In this document: piece by piece, positions 36,773 through 52,707 of the stretch | Position numbering within the stretch: the stretch's first letter is position 1 | Layout of the letters: each line of letters opens with the position of its first letter | Assembly: GCA_038203825.1 (NCBI GenBank) | Contig: JBBRDO010000002.1 | Location: forward strand, 34,617-98,616 | Length of the DNA stretch: 64,000 nucleotides | Direction: 5' to 3' | From: Chloroflexia bacterium | Lineage (GTDB): Bacteria > Chloroflexota > Chloroflexia > QHBQ01 > JADMIH01 | Notes under the pieces: model-generated | What the model saw: the letters and a program-made list of their open reading frames with translations, nothing else | The model's database searches: none | What the model was told of the DNA's origin: nothing | Made by a program: the position numbers and the translations under genes

Positions 36773-38479
36773 CTATCGTGCGTCCATGGTGACATCTTTC
36801 AGGCTCAATATCCCCAACGGCGTAACCTTCAGTTCGTGTATATATGGCTTCACTAGAGCGTAATTTACCCCATAGTAGAGTGGCACGGCAGGAAAGTCGC
36901 GCAGGATGCGGTCCTCGATCTGCGTATACGCCGCTGTACGCTTGGCCGAGTTAGTTTCCTCTGCCGCCCCGTCTAGTGCGCCGTCCACCCCTGCGTTGTT
37001 ATACCGTGAATAATTCATCGGCGAAGTAGACTTGAACAGGCTATCCAGCATAGCCGATGGATCAGGGTACGCCGCGTCCGCACTCTGCACAAACATCTGG
37101 TACGCGCCTGCGCTCAACCCACTGACGTAGTCACTCCACTCCACCTGGTGTACCTGCACGTCCAGCTCAAGCGTGGCGCTGAATACGTCTCGCAATATCG
37201 GCCCCAGCAGCGTATCACTCGTATATAAGTTCAACGGTGGTAAATTGGCAGCCGACTTGTATGTGGACTCGGCCATAAGTTCTTGTGCGCGCGTCACGTC
37301 ATAACCCAGATCGGTCGTATCAGGCGCAACGTATCCCGCCATATCCGTAGGCACGAACCCCCCCGCCTGTGACACGCGCTCCTGGTACACTTCGCGCGCT
37401 ATCTTCTGCCTGTCTATTACCCTTGCCAGCGCCTCGCGCACTTTCGGGTCGTCGAACGGCTTCTGGGTGATGTTAAAACCGAGGTACGTCAGTGACAGGT
37501 CATTTACAGGCTGCAGCTCTTTGGATAGCAGGTTGTTCCGGTCTGTAACTTGCGCCAGCTCGTCCACCCCAACCCCGGCTACATCAAGCCCTCCCGCCTC
37601 GTACTGCTGCACCTGACCCTCGGCATTCGACCCCATCCAGACATTCACGCGGTCCAGCCTGGCGCGTCCACCGTAGTAATTCGCGTTGGCCGACAGCTTG
37701 ATAACCTGCCTGTGCACCCACGTTTCCAGCCTGAACGGACCTGTCCCCTTTGGATTCTCAGTCCACCCGTCTCCCGAATCCACATTCGACTGTTCCAGCA
37801 CATAAACCGGACCAGCCGTCAGCTTGGCCAGAAAATACTGCTTGGGTGCGTCAATAGTGAGCACTAGCGTATAAGGGTCGGGAGCCTGCACCCCAGTTAT
37901 CTGCGTGGCTTTCCCCGCCAATTTGTCGCTAACGCCCACAATGTCGTCCAGGTAGATCCCGGCCGGTAGCAACTCCGGCGGCTGGGCACCCGCCAGCTTG
38001 GGGTCGGCAGCGCGCTCAATCGAGTACTTGAAGTCGCCCGCGGTCACCTCATGCCCGTCAGGGAAGCGCACGCCGCGTCGCAGCGCGAAGGTGTAAACCT
38101 TTCCGTCCGGCGATATCTGTGGCATGGCCGACGCGAGATCAGGCACTACGTTAAGCGTATCGTCAAAGCGCAGTAGGCCGCTGAATAGCTGCCTGATAAC
38201 AAAATGCGAGTATGCATCCATCGCGACAGCCGGATCGAGCGACGGCGGATCGTCCACCTCGCCCGCGATGTTTAGCTCTCCAGGCGATTGAGGTATAGCT
38301 GTGAACTGAGCACGTGCTCCGGCCGTGGGCGAGGCCGTCGAAACCGTCGATGCCCCGTTCTCAGGCAAAGGCCAGCACCCGGTCAGCAAAATCAAAACCA
38401 ACATCGAAGCTAGCAAAGCCGCTTGCCAACTTCTAGCAAAATAACGACCCCTACGAACAAACTTGGACGACCCGGACAA
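36773..38479 (-). CDS. Peptide ABC transporter substrate-binding lipoprotein (OppA/DppA family)
   Basis: Lipobox LTGC; LDPA, LFSGL, DGHEVTAGDFKYSIERA, GTGPF, PFDDPKVREA. Confidence 0.92.
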   Translation of the reverse strand: MSGSSKFVRRGRYFARSWQAALLASMLVLILLTGCWPLPENGASTVSTASPTAGARAQFTAIPQSPGELNIAGEVDDPPSLDPAVAMDAYSHFVIRQLFSGLLRFDDTLNVVPDLASAMPQISPDGKVYTFALRRGVRFPDGHEVTAGDFKYSIERAADPKLAGAQPPELLPAGIYLDDIVGVSDKLAGKATQITGVQAPDPYTLVLTIDAPKQYFLAKLTAGPVYVLEQSNVDSGDGWTENPKGTGPFRLETWVHRQVIKLSANANYYGGRARLDRVNVWMGSNAEGQVQQYEAGGLDVAGVGVDELAQVTDRNNLLSKELQPVNDLSLTYLGFNITQKPFDDPKVREALARVIDRQKIAREVYQERVSQAGGFVPTDMAGYVAPDTTDLGYDVTRAQELMAESTYKSAANLPPLNLYTSDTLLGPILRDVFSATLELDVQVHQVEWSDYVSGLSAGAYQMFVQSADAAYPDPSAMLDSLFKSTSPMNYSRYNNAGVDGALDGAAEETNSAKRTAAYTQIEDRILRDFPAVPLYYGVNYALVKPYIHELKVTPLGILSLKDVTMDAR

Positions 38480-38643
38480 TTAGAACTCCTCTCAATCAAA
38501 AGCGCACACGTACGCGCAGACGCACGCCCATTTTAGCACCCCGCGCGCAGGACGGTCAAGATTAGCGGCGCGGGCTAACTCTCTTGACTACCTCCAATAG
38601 GTGCAGCTTCTGCCACCCGCCGCCTCCGTGTTATACTATCTCC

Positions 38644-40575
38644 ATGTGCGGCATTGCAGGCATATTCAACACTGACAGGCATCCTCCCGACAGGGAAGTG
38701 CTGGCGCTCATGTCCGGATCCATCGCCCATCGCGGCCCCGACGGCGAAAGCTTCTACTTCGACGACGCGGGCGGTCTCGGCTTTGCCCACCGCCACCTGC
38801 GCATTATCGACCTGTCCGACGCCGGCCTCCAGCCCATGTGTAACGAGGACCGCACTCTCTGGCTGATCTTCAACGGCGAAATCTACAACTACATCGAGCT
38901 GCGCCCCGAACTTGAAGCAAAAGGCCATCGTTTTGCCTCCCATTCCGACAGCGAAACGATCCTGCACGCCTACGAAGAGTGGGGCCCCGACTGCCTGGCT
39001 CACTTCAACGGTATGTTCGCCTTCGCCCTCTGGGATAGCCGCAAACAAACCCTGTTCATCGCCCGCGATCGCGTCGGTGTAAAGCCACTCTACTACTGGT
39101 GGCACAACAGGACTCTCCTCTTCGCCTCCGAGATCAAAGCCCTGTTGCGCCACCCCGACGTAAAGACCGAGCCCTACCTGCCTGCCATAGCCCAGTACAT
39201 GGGCGCCATGCACACCGTTGGCGACGAAACCTGGTTCACCGGCATCAAGAGCCTTCTTTCCGGCCACTTCATGCTGGTTACACCCCATGACCTGACCGTT
39301 CGCCGCTGGTGGGACCTTCCTGACCACGAAGACGAGCTCGGCGCCCACCCCGAACGATACTACATCGACAAGACGCGCGCCCTTCTCCAGGACTCCGTCC
39401 GCTTGCGCCTCCGCTCCGACGTCCCCCTCGGCTCGCATCTCAGCGGCGGCATCGACAGCAGCGCTATTGTAGCCCTAGTGAGCGAGAGGCTTACAGACTC
39501 AGGCGAGCGACTGCGCACATTCTCAGGCGCCTTCGCGGGCGGCCCTGAATACGATGAGCGCAAGTACGTCCACGAGGTTGTACGTCGCTACAAAACCGAC
39601 CATCGCGAAATCCTGCCCACGGCAGCCGACCTGCCCTTCTTGATACAACGAATGGTATACCACATGGATGAGCCTGCTGCGGGGCCCGGAATCCTCCTAC
39701 AGTGGTCTGTGTGCGATCTGACGAAGCGGTCCGGCGTCATAGTGGTGAATGGCGGCCAGGGCGGCGACGAGGCCTGGGGAGGCTACTTCGGCTTCATCCC
39801 CCCCTACCTGAAAACACTCGTCAGGCAAGCCCGTCGCCACCCTGCTCTTTACTCTGACCTTCTGCGTGATGCCGCCTTGCTGCTCGCGCGTCCCGCCCTG
39901 CGCCACTCCCTCACGAAGGCGCTCCGCTCTGGGCGCCGTGGCAGACTACAAGCCGGGGGCCAACTCGGTCCGTGGGCCGGCGACCGCTTCGAAGGTATCA
40001 CTGGTGAGCCACAGCCTACGACACATTCCCCCACCCGCACCCCCCTTGCAAACGCCATGTACTACGACCTCAAGTGGTACCTGCCTGCCCTCCTGCAGGT
40101 GGAAGACCGCACCAGTATGGCATTCGGACTTGAGTCCCGAGCGCCTCTGCTCGACTATCGCCTGCTTGAACACTCTGCCACGGTGCCGTCTGCGCTGCGC
40201 ATGGAAGGCCTCCAGATGAAGCACATCCTGCGCAACGCCGTTAAAGACCTCCTGCCTCTCAATATCTACAACCGCACCGACAAGAAAGGCATGCCCACGC
40301 CCATCGCCCCGTGGTTCCGTGACGCGCTCTCGGCCTGGGTACAACAATCGCTCACCTCCACTCAGGTCACTGCCACCGGCCTCTTCTCGCCGCAGTACGT
40401 CCGGCAAACTCTCGATAGCCATCTGTCCGGAACCACGGACACCAGCGTCGAACTGTGGAAGTTCCTGAACGTCATCACCTGGTGGCAGACCTTCATGGAC
40501 GCCAACACTCCAAAGTTAGATGCTCTGGACAAATCTCAACCGTTGGAACCGGCGTCCATAGCTCACGGTTCTTGA
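38644..40575 (+). CDS. asnB: Asparagine synthase-family glutamine amidotransferase (probably glycan-modifying)
   Basis: MCGIAG, HRGPD, FNGEIYNY, LSGGIDSS, DRTSMAFGLESRAP. Confidence 0.93.
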   Translation: MCGIAGIFNTDRHPPDREVLALMSGSIAHRGPDGESFYFDDAGGLGFAHRHLRIIDLSDAGLQPMCNEDRTLWLIFNGEIYNYIELRPELEAKGHRFASHSDSETILHAYEEWGPDCLAHFNGMFAFALWDSRKQTLFIARDRVGVKPLYYWWHNRTLLFASEIKALLRHPDVKTEPYLPAIAQYMGAMHTVGDETWFTGIKSLLSGHFMLVTPHDLTVRRWWDLPDHEDELGAHPERYYIDKTRALLQDSVRLRLRSDVPLGSHLSGGIDSSAIVALVSERLTDSGERLRTFSGAFAGGPEYDERKYVHEVVRRYKTDHREILPTAADLPFLIQRMVYHMDEPAAGPGILLQWSVCDLTKRSGVIVVNGGQGGDEAWGGYFGFIPPYLKTLVRQARRHPALYSDLLRDAALLLARPALRHSLTKALRSGRRGRLQAGGQLGPWAGDRFEGITGEPQPTTHSPTRTPLANAMYYDLKWYLPALLQVEDRTSMAFGLESRAPLLDYRLLEHSATVPSALRMEGLQMKHILRNAVKDLLPLNIYNRTDKKGMPTPIAPWFRDALSAWVQQSLTSTQVTATGLFSPQYVRQTLDSHLSGTTDTSVELWKFLNVITWWQTFMDANTPKLDALDKSQPLEPASIAHGS

Positions 40576-40591
40576 GGTCCGAATTCCTGCC

Positions 40592-41830
40592 GTGCGAATT
40601 CTCTACTTCACCCAGTACTACCCGCCCGAAGTTGGCGCGACCCAGACCCGCGCCCATGAGATGTCCGCCTATCTGACAGAACAGGGTCATCATGTAACCG
40701 TCGTAACAGAGGTGCCGAACCACCCATCAGGTATCGTCCCCACTGCCTATCGCGGACGCCTGTCCGAGCGTAGACTCGAGAATGGCATCGATGTCCTCAG
40801 GCTGTGGGTCTGGGCATCGCCTGAAAAGACGTTCAAGTCTCGAATGCGGTTCTACCTCAGCTATATGGGCATAGCCGCACTAGCTGGCGCCCTCATCAGG
40901 GGCAAATACGACCTCGTCTATGCCACATCGCCGCCTCTCTTCGTGGGCGCAGCCGGACTTGCCGCAGCCGCCGTTCGCCGCATCCCTTTCGTGTTCGAAG
41001 TGCGCGATCTCTGGCCCGAATCGGCCGTGGCGCTCGGCGAGCTATCTGGCAAGCGCGCTATCAAGGCCGCAGAGGCTCTGGAAGGGCTCCTGTACCGCCG
41101 AGCAGCACGGGTCGTGGCAGTTACTCAGGGTATCTACGACCGCCTCTCAGAACGCCGCGTGGATTGCGAGAAGCTGGCTCTAGTACCGAACGGAGCCAAC
41201 ACCGAGCACTTCCGCTTTAGCTCTGAAGGACGCGCCGCAGTTCGAACCCAGCTTGGCGTACATGACAAGTTCCTCGTCATGTACGCCGGCATTCACGGCA
41301 TCGCGCAGGGTCTCGAAACCTTGCTAGATACCGCCTCAATTCTTCAGAATTCGCCGGATGTCCACTTCGTTTTCGTGGGCGAGGGCCCAAGAAAGGCAGT
41401 GCTTGCTCAGCGCCGCTCGGACCAAAACCTGATAAACGTCAGCATGCTCCCCGAAGTCCCATCGAGCAAAATGCCCTGGTACTTATCGGCCGCCGACTGC
41501 ACCATCGTGCCTCTGCGCGACGAACCGATCTTCCGCAGCGCTTTACCCTCCAAGATGTTCGAGTCGTGGGCCGCCGAGCGCCCCATCGTGCTGAGCGTCG
41601 CCGGCGAAGCCCAGCGCGTGTTGGAACAAGCAAAGGCCGGTGTCATCTGCCGCCCCGAAGACCCCGCTGACATGGCCCGTGCCATCCGGACCCTACGCGA
41701 CGACCCCACAGCCGCGGAAGAAATGGGCCAGCGCGGCCGAGCCTACGTCCTCTCCCACTACTCCCGCCGCGCCCAGGCCCAAACCCTGGAACAAATCCTC
41801 ACTACCCTAATCCACCAAACCAATACCTAA
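40592..41830 (+). CDS. Glycosyltransferase family 4 (WbuB-like)
   Basis: TQYYPPEVGA, TSPPLF, FEVRDLWPES, PSKMFE. Confidence 0.92.
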   Translation: MRILYFTQYYPPEVGATQTRAHEMSAYLTEQGHHVTVVTEVPNHPSGIVPTAYRGRLSERRLENGIDVLRLWVWASPEKTFKSRMRFYLSYMGIAALAGALIRGKYDLVYATSPPLFVGAAGLAAAAVRRIPFVFEVRDLWPESAVALGELSGKRAIKAAEALEGLLYRRAARVVAVTQGIYDRLSERRVDCEKLALVPNGANTEHFRFSSEGRAAVRTQLGVHDKFLVMYAGIHGIAQGLETLLDTASILQNSPDVHFVFVGEGPRKAVLAQRRSDQNLINVSMLPEVPSSKMPWYLSAADCTIVPLRDEPIFRSALPSKMFESWAAERPIVLSVAGEAQRVLEQAKAGVICRPEDPADMARAIRTLRDDPTAAEEMGQRGRAYVLSHYSRRAQAQTLEQILTTLIHQTNT

Positions 41831-41899
41831 CCACCATCACTTACCACTTATCACTTATCGCGCAAGTCACGGTACACATTTTGCAGTATAGGAGATCCT

Positions 41900-42754
41900 A
41901 TGGAACTACAACCAAAAATGGAACATCACACCGCCCTTGTGGACGGTAGTCGAGTTAGCTATACCGCCCGTGGCCCCGTAAACGCCACTCAGGCCTACGT
42001 GGGCATCAATGGTCTCATGGGAGGCGGTGACTCCTTCTGGCCCGTCATCGCAGGCGTGCCGCACGACTGGCGTGTAATCCTGCCCGATCTGCCCGGCTGC
42101 GGTGAATCCGAGCCATTGCATCCCCCGCGCAAGCATACGATAGATGGATATGTCAACTGGCTCTTTGATTTCGCCTCCCAAGCCAACCTCAATGACAAAA
42201 AACTTGTGCTTGCCACCGTCGCCACCGGTGCTCCGATTGCGATTCGTTTCGCCCGTGAACACCGTGAGCGTGTGGCTGGACTGGTCTTGCACTTGCCCTT
42301 CTTTGGCAAGCCTGCCGTTCCAGCACGTTGGGCGCGCCCGCTCGTCGCGTATGGCCTCCTCTTCGGTCCCACTCAGGCCTTTGTAAACCGCTTCCGCGCC
42401 AGCGATATTCTGATGCACCGCATAATTATTCACAAGTCGCCTGACGCCATCCCTGCGCTCGCCGAAAGCGATATTGATCACAAACAGGCCGCCAATCTGC
42501 GCGCCGCCGGCGAGTACTTGCGCGATCTGATGCTCACAGACTCCCGACCCGAGCTTGCCCAGCTTGATGACCTGCCCGTCCTCATTCTTGCCACCGAGCA
42601 CGATGCTTTCGCTCCCCTTCCCATGCTCGAGGCCTTCGTGAAGAACCGCCACAACATTACCACCTTCATAAACCGAGGCGCTCAGCACTCATGGAACGAA
42701 GAGTTCATCAATGACATGAACCGCGAAATCAGCAAGTTCTCTGCTAAGCTCTAG
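41900..42754 (+). CDS. Alpha/beta-hydrolase fold protein, nucleophile apparently absent
   Basis: DLPGCGES; elbow reads LATVATGAPIA; ATEHD; GAQH. Confidence 0.8.
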   Translation: MELQPKMEHHTALVDGSRVSYTARGPVNATQAYVGINGLMGGGDSFWPVIAGVPHDWRVILPDLPGCGESEPLHPPRKHTIDGYVNWLFDFASQANLNDKKLVLATVATGAPIAIRFAREHRERVAGLVLHLPFFGKPAVPARWARPLVAYGLLFGPTQAFVNRFRASDILMHRIIIHKSPDAIPALAESDIDHKQAANLRAAGEYLRDLMLTDSRPELAQLDDLPVLILATEHDAFAPLPMLEAFVKNRHNITTFINRGAQHSWNEEFINDMNREISKFSAKL

Positions 42755-42944
42755 AGGTCCACACACTCAAAGACAACCCATCTTCCTGGATCACCATTTG
42801 AGGGCTACCCAGCCAGGGCGCACGCAAGTGCGCTCTTATCCCTTGCCGTGGATCGTAAGGTCGAGCGTTGTTCGGTGGCTCTTGAACCATTCCGGGTGTA
42901 AAATAGTATTAAGATGCGAGACCTACTAAACGTGGAGGCCCCCT

Positions 42945-43259
42945 ATGTTCGCTTGGCTAACGCTGCTTGCTCTGCTAGTTGTCGAGGCCGTTGCCATTCG
43001 CTGGTGGTTGGCACGGGAACTTTATCCTGTCTTCTTCAACGGCTGGGCCGCCACGCTTTACAGCCTCCTTTTGGCCGCTGATATTGCGATCGCCTGGTTG
43101 GTTTCCATGACTTATGAGCCAGGCGGCACAGCCGGCCTGCAAGTCATGCTTGCCATCGGGATCGGCCTCGTTATTGTAATATTGCTCGCCACGTTGTTCT
43201 TCAGGTGGGCCGTCCGCCTCGAAATGACTGACATATCGGACAAGGACAAGCGCGGCTAA
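42945..43259 (+). CDS. Small three-TM hypothetical membrane protein
   Basis: GGAGG RBS; three hydrophobic helices. Confidence 0.7.
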   Translation: MFAWLTLLALLVVEAVAIRWWLARELYPVFFNGWAATLYSLLLAADIAIAWLVSMTYEPGGTAGLQVMLAIGIGLVIVILLATLFFRWAVRLEMTDISDKDKRG

Positions 43260-43262
43260 CGC

Positions 43263-43304
43263 AAAAAAGAAGGACGAAGGCTTTGCGGCCCTCGTCCTTC
43301 TTTT
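43263..43304. terminator. Bidirectional intrinsic terminator downstream of rpoC
   Basis: AAAAAGAAGGACGA...TCGTCCTTCTTTT with A/T tails on both sides. Confidence 0.88.
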
Positions 43305-43325
43305 GTTCTACTCTAGAGTACCGAG

Positions 43326-47999
<4,674 letters not shown>

Positions 48000-48130
48000 T
48001 TCTTCCCCTTGATAGTCGCTATTCGGCAGCCGGTCGGTTTGTCCGCCGGCTGCGGACAACTACACTTGTTACTCTTACATGACCTCTGACAACGCAGTTG
48101 CGTTGTCGGTAGTCCGTCGTCTGCCGTCCG

Positions 48131-51100
48131 CTACAACCGTTCCCGCTCGTCTGCTTCGAAGCCACTCAGGTTGATGCCTTCCAGTTCGGAGAGCATGTCT
48201 GAGGCGGCATCTTCCGCTAGCTGCACAGGTACGTCGTCTTCCGTCAGCACTTCGACATTCAAGCCGAGCGACTGCAGTTCCTTGACGAGCACCTTGAACG
48301 ATTCCGGCACACCGGCCTCTGTTATGTTGTCGCCCTTGACGATGGCCTCATACGTCTTCACGCGGCCCATAACGTCGTCAGACTTCACCGTAAGCATTTC
48401 CTGTAGTGTATGCGCTGCGCCGTAAGCCTCGAGCGCCCACACTTCCATTTCGCCAAACCTTTGACCACCAAACTGCGCCTTGCCGCCCAACGGTTGCTGA
48501 GTAACCAGGCTGTACGGCCCGGTCGACCGTGCGTGAATCTTATCTTCCACAAGATGCGCAAGTTTGAGCATATATATCTGGCCCACCGTCACGGGGTTGT
48601 CAAACCGCTCTCCGGTGCGACCATCGTACAATTCAACTTTGCCGTCGGGTGGTAGCCCCGCTTTCTCTAGCTCGGTCCTGATGGCTTCTTCAGTCGCCCC
48701 GTCAAACACGGGCGTAGCGACCTTGTAGCCCAGGTGATCCGCTGCCCACCCAAGGTGGGTCTCCAGGATCTGCCCGATGTTCATACGGTGAGGCACACCC
48801 AGTGGGTTGAGGATGATGTCCACCGGCGTACCGTCCGGCAAGAAAGGCATGTCCTCGGTGGGTAGCACTCGGGAAATCACTCCCTTGTTGCCGTGGCGTC
48901 CTGCCATCTTGTCGCCCACGCTGATCTTTCGCTTCTGAGCAATCGCGACACGCACCATCTGGCTCACGCCTGCCGGTAGCTCGTCCCCCGCCTCACGCGA
49001 GAAGGGTTTCACATCGATGATCTTGCCGCGCACGCCGTGGGGCACGCGCAACGAGGTATCTTTTACTTCACGTGCTTTCTCACCAAAGATGGCTCGCAAC
49101 AGTCGCTCTTCCGGCGTCAGCTCCGTCTCGCCCTTCGGTGTGATCTTACCCACGAGGATGTCATTGGCCGTAACCTCAGCACCCACGTAGATAATCCCGC
49201 GCTCGTCCAGGTTCTTCAGCGAATCCTCGCCCACGTTCGGTATGTCACGGGTGATCTCTTCAGGTCCAAGCTTGGTCTCTCGTGCTTCAACTTCGTACTT
49301 CTCTATATGTATAGAGGTGAACACGTCGTCGCGCACAAGACGCTGCGAGATGAGGATCGCGTCCTCAAAGTTGCCGCCCTCGAAGCTCATAAACGCCACA
49401 AGAATGTTCTGGCCCAACGCCAGTTCCCCATTCTCAGTCGACGAAGAGTCCGCCAACGCCTGGCCCTGGTACACTCGCTCACCGGAGCGCACTATTGGCC
49501 TCTGGTTTATGCAGGTATCCTGGTTGGAGCGCACAAACTTCTGCAGGACGTATTCATGCTCCGTGCCTTCGTCGTCCATAATCACGATCTTGGACGCCTC
49601 AGCTACGATTACGGTACCCTCCTGCCTCGCCAGCACTACCTGCCCCGAGTCGCGGGCCGACTGAAACTCGATCCCCGTGCCCACAATCGGAGAACGTGGC
49701 ACGAGCAGAGGCACCGCTTGCCGCTGCATGTTCGCACCCATGAGGGCGCGGTTCGCATCATCGTGCTCCAGAAAAGGGATCAGTGCAGTAGCAACCGACA
49801 CCACCTGCTTGGGTGACACGTCCATGTAGTCCACGCGGTCAGCCAGTTCTTGCAGGAAGTTCTGGTGATAACGAGCAGTTACGTAGCGGTCCACGAAGTG
49901 CCCGTCATCTGACAGTCGCACGTTCGCCTGCGCAATTACGAAGTTGTCTTCGATATCGGCAGACAGATATTCTATTGTATCGGTGATTCGCGGAAGGACC
50001 TTCACACGAGCCAGCGGCGACTTCGCAATCTTCTCAGCCACTGCCTTCGTTATTGACGTGCCCGTCTCGACCAGCTTCTTACCCTTCTCGTCCTCCACGG
50101 TTTCGCGCAGGATGTTGCCTACAAGTGCGTCAACATCGTTATCGACAATGCTGACCACCTTCCGGTATGGGGTCTCTATGAAGCCGAACTCGTTTATTTT
50201 CGCGTACGTCGCCAGCGAGCCGATGAGACCGATGTTCGGACCTTCCGGCGTCTCAACAGGGCAGATACGCCCGTAGTGACTCTCGTGAACGTCGCGGACA
50301 TCGAAGCCTGCCCTATCACGGCTCAGACCGCCGGGGCCAAGGGCAGACAAACGTCGCTTATGGTTTAGCTCTGACAGGGGATTGGTCTGGTCCATGAACT
50401 GCGAAAGCTGCGAACCCCCAAAGAACTCGCGCATGGCCGCCACCACGGGGCGGATGTTTATCAGCGCCCCAGGCGATGCCGACTCGGGGTCCTGGATCGA
50501 CATGCGCTCCTTGATCACGCGCTCCATACGGAGAAGTCCCACGCGGAACTGCGCCTGAATCAATTCGCCCACGGCTCGAACACGGCGATTGCCCAGGTGG
50601 TCAATGTCGTCGGGAACGGGCCCCTTGCCGGCGTACTCTTCGTTGTCCAGCTCGATCATGTGGGCTACGATGCGCACCAGGTCCTGGTTCGTAAGCACCC
50701 GCGTATCCAGAGGCACATCCACGCCTAGCCGTTTGTTCAGCTTATAGCGTCCTACCTTCGCCAGATCATACCGGCGCGGGTTGAACAGCAGCGACTGCAG
50801 AAGACTCTCTGCGTTGTCGCGTGTGGGCGGGTCTCCCGGGCGGAGGCGCTTGTAGAACTCTATCACAGCCTCGTCCTGGCTGTGTGTTGTGTCCTTATCT
50901 ATAGTAGAACGGATAAAGTCGTGGTCCGGGTTGACGTTAGCCTTACCGAACGTCTGGAATATCTCGTCGTCGTCTTCTATGCCGATTGCGCGGAGCAGTA
51001 TTGTAACGGGAATCTTGCGTTTGCGGTCAACCTTGACCGAAAGCACGTCGCGGTTCGACGTTTCGAATTCGAGCCACGCACCACGGTTGGGGATTAGTTT

Positions 51101-51631
51101 CGCACCAAACAGTTTCCGACCCGTATTAGGGTCCTCGGCCGCCGTGAAGTAGACACCAGGCGAGCGCACCAGCTGTGAAACCACAACACGCTCAGCCCCG
51201 TTTATGACGAATGTACCATTCTCTGTCATGAGCGGGAAGTCGCCCATGAATATTTCCGACTCTTTTATCTCACCGGTTTCTTTTATAAGAAGTTGTACGC
51301 GCACGCGCAGAGGCGCGGCGTATGTCATGTCCCGTTGGCGGCACTCCAACACCGAGTAGCGCGGTTCTCCGAAGTGATAATCGAGAAACCGCAGCTCCAT
51401 ATTCTTGCCCGTAAAGTCAGTGATCGGCGAGATCTCTTCGAACAACTCTTGTAAGCCCTGGTTCTTAAACCAGGCGAACGAGTCGACCTGCACCTTAATG
51501 AGATTGGGCATTGCCATGACTGATTGGATCTTGCCAAAGTTACGCCTTCCGACGCTGGCAAGCTGCTCTTCTTCGGTCCTGGGTGGTATAAGGGGTGCTG
51601 AGGGGTTTTGTGGGCGGACGGCTGTTGCCAT
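48131..51631 (-). CDS. rpoB: DNA-directed RNA polymerase subunit beta
   Basis: [44 protein letters not shown]. Confidence 0.99.
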   Translation of the reverse strand: MATAVRPQNPSAPLIPPRTEEEQLASVGRRNFGKIQSVMAMPNLIKVQVDSFAWFKNQGLQELFEEISPITDFTGKNMELRFLDYHFGEPRYSVLECRQRDMTYAAPLRVRVQLLIKETGEIKESEIFMGDFPLMTENGTFVINGAERVVVSQLVRSPGVYFTAAEDPNTGRKLFGAKLIPNRGAWLEFETSNRDVLSVKVDRKRKIPVTILLRAIGIEDDDEIFQTFGKANVNPDHDFIRSTIDKDTTHSQDEAVIEFYKRLRPGDPPTRDNAESLLQSLLFNPRRYDLAKVGRYKLNKRLGVDVPLDTRVLTNQDLVRIVAHMIELDNEEYAGKGPVPDDIDHLGNRRVRAVGELIQAQFRVGLLRMERVIKERMSIQDPESASPGALINIRPVVAAMREFFGGSQLSQFMDQTNPLSELNHKRRLSALGPGGLSRDRAGFDVRDVHESHYGRICPVETPEGPNIGLIGSLATYAKINEFGFIETPYRKVVSIVDNDVDALVGNILRETVEDEKGKKLVETGTSITKAVAEKIAKSPLARVKVLPRITDTIEYLSADIEDNFVIAQANVRLSDDGHFVDRYVTARYHQNFLQELADRVDYMDVSPKQVVSVATALIPFLEHDDANRALMGANMQRQAVPLLVPRSPIVGTGIEFQSARDSGQVVLARQEGTVIVAEASKIVIMDDEGTEHEYVLQKFVRSNQDTCINQRPIVRSGERVYQGQALADSSSTENGELALGQNILVAFMSFEGGNFEDAILISQRLVRDDVFTSIHIEKYEVEARETKLGPEEITRDIPNVGEDSLKNLDERGIIYVGAEVTANDILVGKITPKGETELTPEERLLRAIFGEKAREVKDTSLRVPHGVRGKIIDVKPFSREAGDELPAGVSQMVRVAIAQKRKISVGDKMAGRHGNKGVISRVLPTEDMPFLPDGTPVDIILNPLGVPHRMNIGQILETHLGWAADHLGYKVATPVFDGATEEAIRTELEKAGLPPDGKVELYDGRTGERFDNPVTVGQIYMLKLAHLVEDKIHARSTGPYSLVTQQPLGGKAQFGGQRFGEMEVWALEAYGAAHTLQEMLTVKSDDVMGRVKTYEAIVKGDNITEAGVPESFKVLVKELQSLGLNVEVLTEDDVPVQLAEDAASDMLSELEGINLSGFEADERERL

Positions 51632-51911
51632 ATGCTATCTGCTCCTATTGCTGATGCTCTAAAACTCCATTCGTAGACGAAGAGCTCACGACAAACCGGA
51701 GGTCTGGCGTAAAATGCCCGGGGTTACTCTGACCAACGAACCGCAGCAGCCCTTCGTATACTGCTGTTCGCTATCCTGCACGCAAAAGAGGCGCATGCGA
51801 CCCTTACCCATCGCGTCGTTGCCTTCCGGCAATCAGTTAGTGGGAAAGGGTGGTGCTTTGCGTCTTTTTATAGATCATAAAATAACAGGATATTTTTGCC
51901 CTGGACAGGAA

Positions 51912-51940
51912 ATTATATCACAGCGCTCCTGATGTGTCAA
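51912..51940 (-). promoter_or_regulatory. rpoBC promoter
   Basis: TTGACA-17 nt-TATAAT with extended TG. Confidence 0.85.
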
Positions 51941-52075
51941 GAGGTTTTCTGCCCAATTGCAGGGCAAACGCATCTAAATTGGCTGAGGACCAAGCAGCAC
52001 CTTGAGTGGGTAATCATGATTCCAGCCGCACTTGAGGCGCTTGCCCCTTACACAGACTTTGACCGTTTTCTCAGC

Positions 52076-52558
52076 TCACGCTTCCCGATCCTGCTCTTTC
52101 TGCTCCGCCTGTCCCTTCTGCCCCTCCTCAGCGCGCCGCCAGAACTCCGCCATCTGTTCCTGCTCCTGCTCACTGAAGAAGGATAGGAAATGGCGGCGGA
52201 CAAAGGCGACATGGGTGCGCAGTGCCGCCCGAAACTTACTGACTCCAGACTTTGTCAGTACAGCATAGGCTCCTCGATGGTCTTCGCTAGCATCCTCACG
52301 CACGACCAGGCCTTCGCGGCTCAGGCGATCAATAACGCGACTGATACCACTGCGGGTGAGCAGACTCCTCGCAGCAAGGTCCTGGATACGCAGGCGGTGG
52401 TCTTCTGCCCACGAGAGGCGTAAGAGCACCTCAAATTCGGCGTGTGACAGATGATGGTGCCGTTGCAGGTCGGCATCAATCTTCTTCATCAAGCGGCCAT
52501 GCATCCCCAGGAGCCCGCCCCAGGCGTCTTGTTCTAACGAATTAAAATCATCATCCAC
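52076..52558 (-). CDS. MarR family transcriptional regulator
   Basis: LSHAEFEVLLRL, LTRSGISRVIDRL..EGLVVR...DHRG...LT winged helix. Confidence 0.92.
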   Translation of the reverse strand: MDDDFNSLEQDAWGGLLGMHGRLMKKIDADLQRHHHLSHAEFEVLLRLSWAEDHRLRIQDLAARSLLTRSGISRVIDRLSREGLVVREDASEDHRGAYAVLTKSGVSKFRAALRTHVAFVRRHFLSFFSEQEQEQMAEFWRRAEEGQKGQAEQKEQDREA

Positions 52559-52579
52559 ACTTTTGCTTCTCCCATACTG

Positions 52580-52662
52580 TTGACAGTACGTGATTAGTCA
52601 CCTATAATCTAAATAAGGTGCGTGAGCACGCAAACACTTGGTACAAGGTGCGTGCTCACTCA
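52580..52662 (+). promoter_or_regulatory. Promoter plus two candidate MarR operators
   Basis: TTGACA-17 nt-TATAAT (52580-52608); TGCGTGAGCACGCA (52619-32) and TGCGTGCTCACTCA (52649-62), each preceded by AAGG. Confidence 0.8.
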
Positions 52663-52707
52663 TATGCGTCAATAATAGCATAGTAAGAAGTGGAAAAGGA
52701 GAAGACC

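Noticed and set aside
38644-40575. AsnB as a lasso-peptide cyclase for the ADSVNWS precursor
   Set aside because: It keeps the N-terminal Cys glutaminase domain, sits with a GT4 gene about 13 kb away, and no B1/B2 proteins are present. The precursor also has a Sec signal.
51841-51905. c-di-GMP-I riboswitch (GGGCAAA...GACGCAAAGC on the minus strand)
   Set aside because: The intervening sequence is AT-rich with no GNRA-capped P2 or matching P3, and an alternative long stem explains the sequence better.
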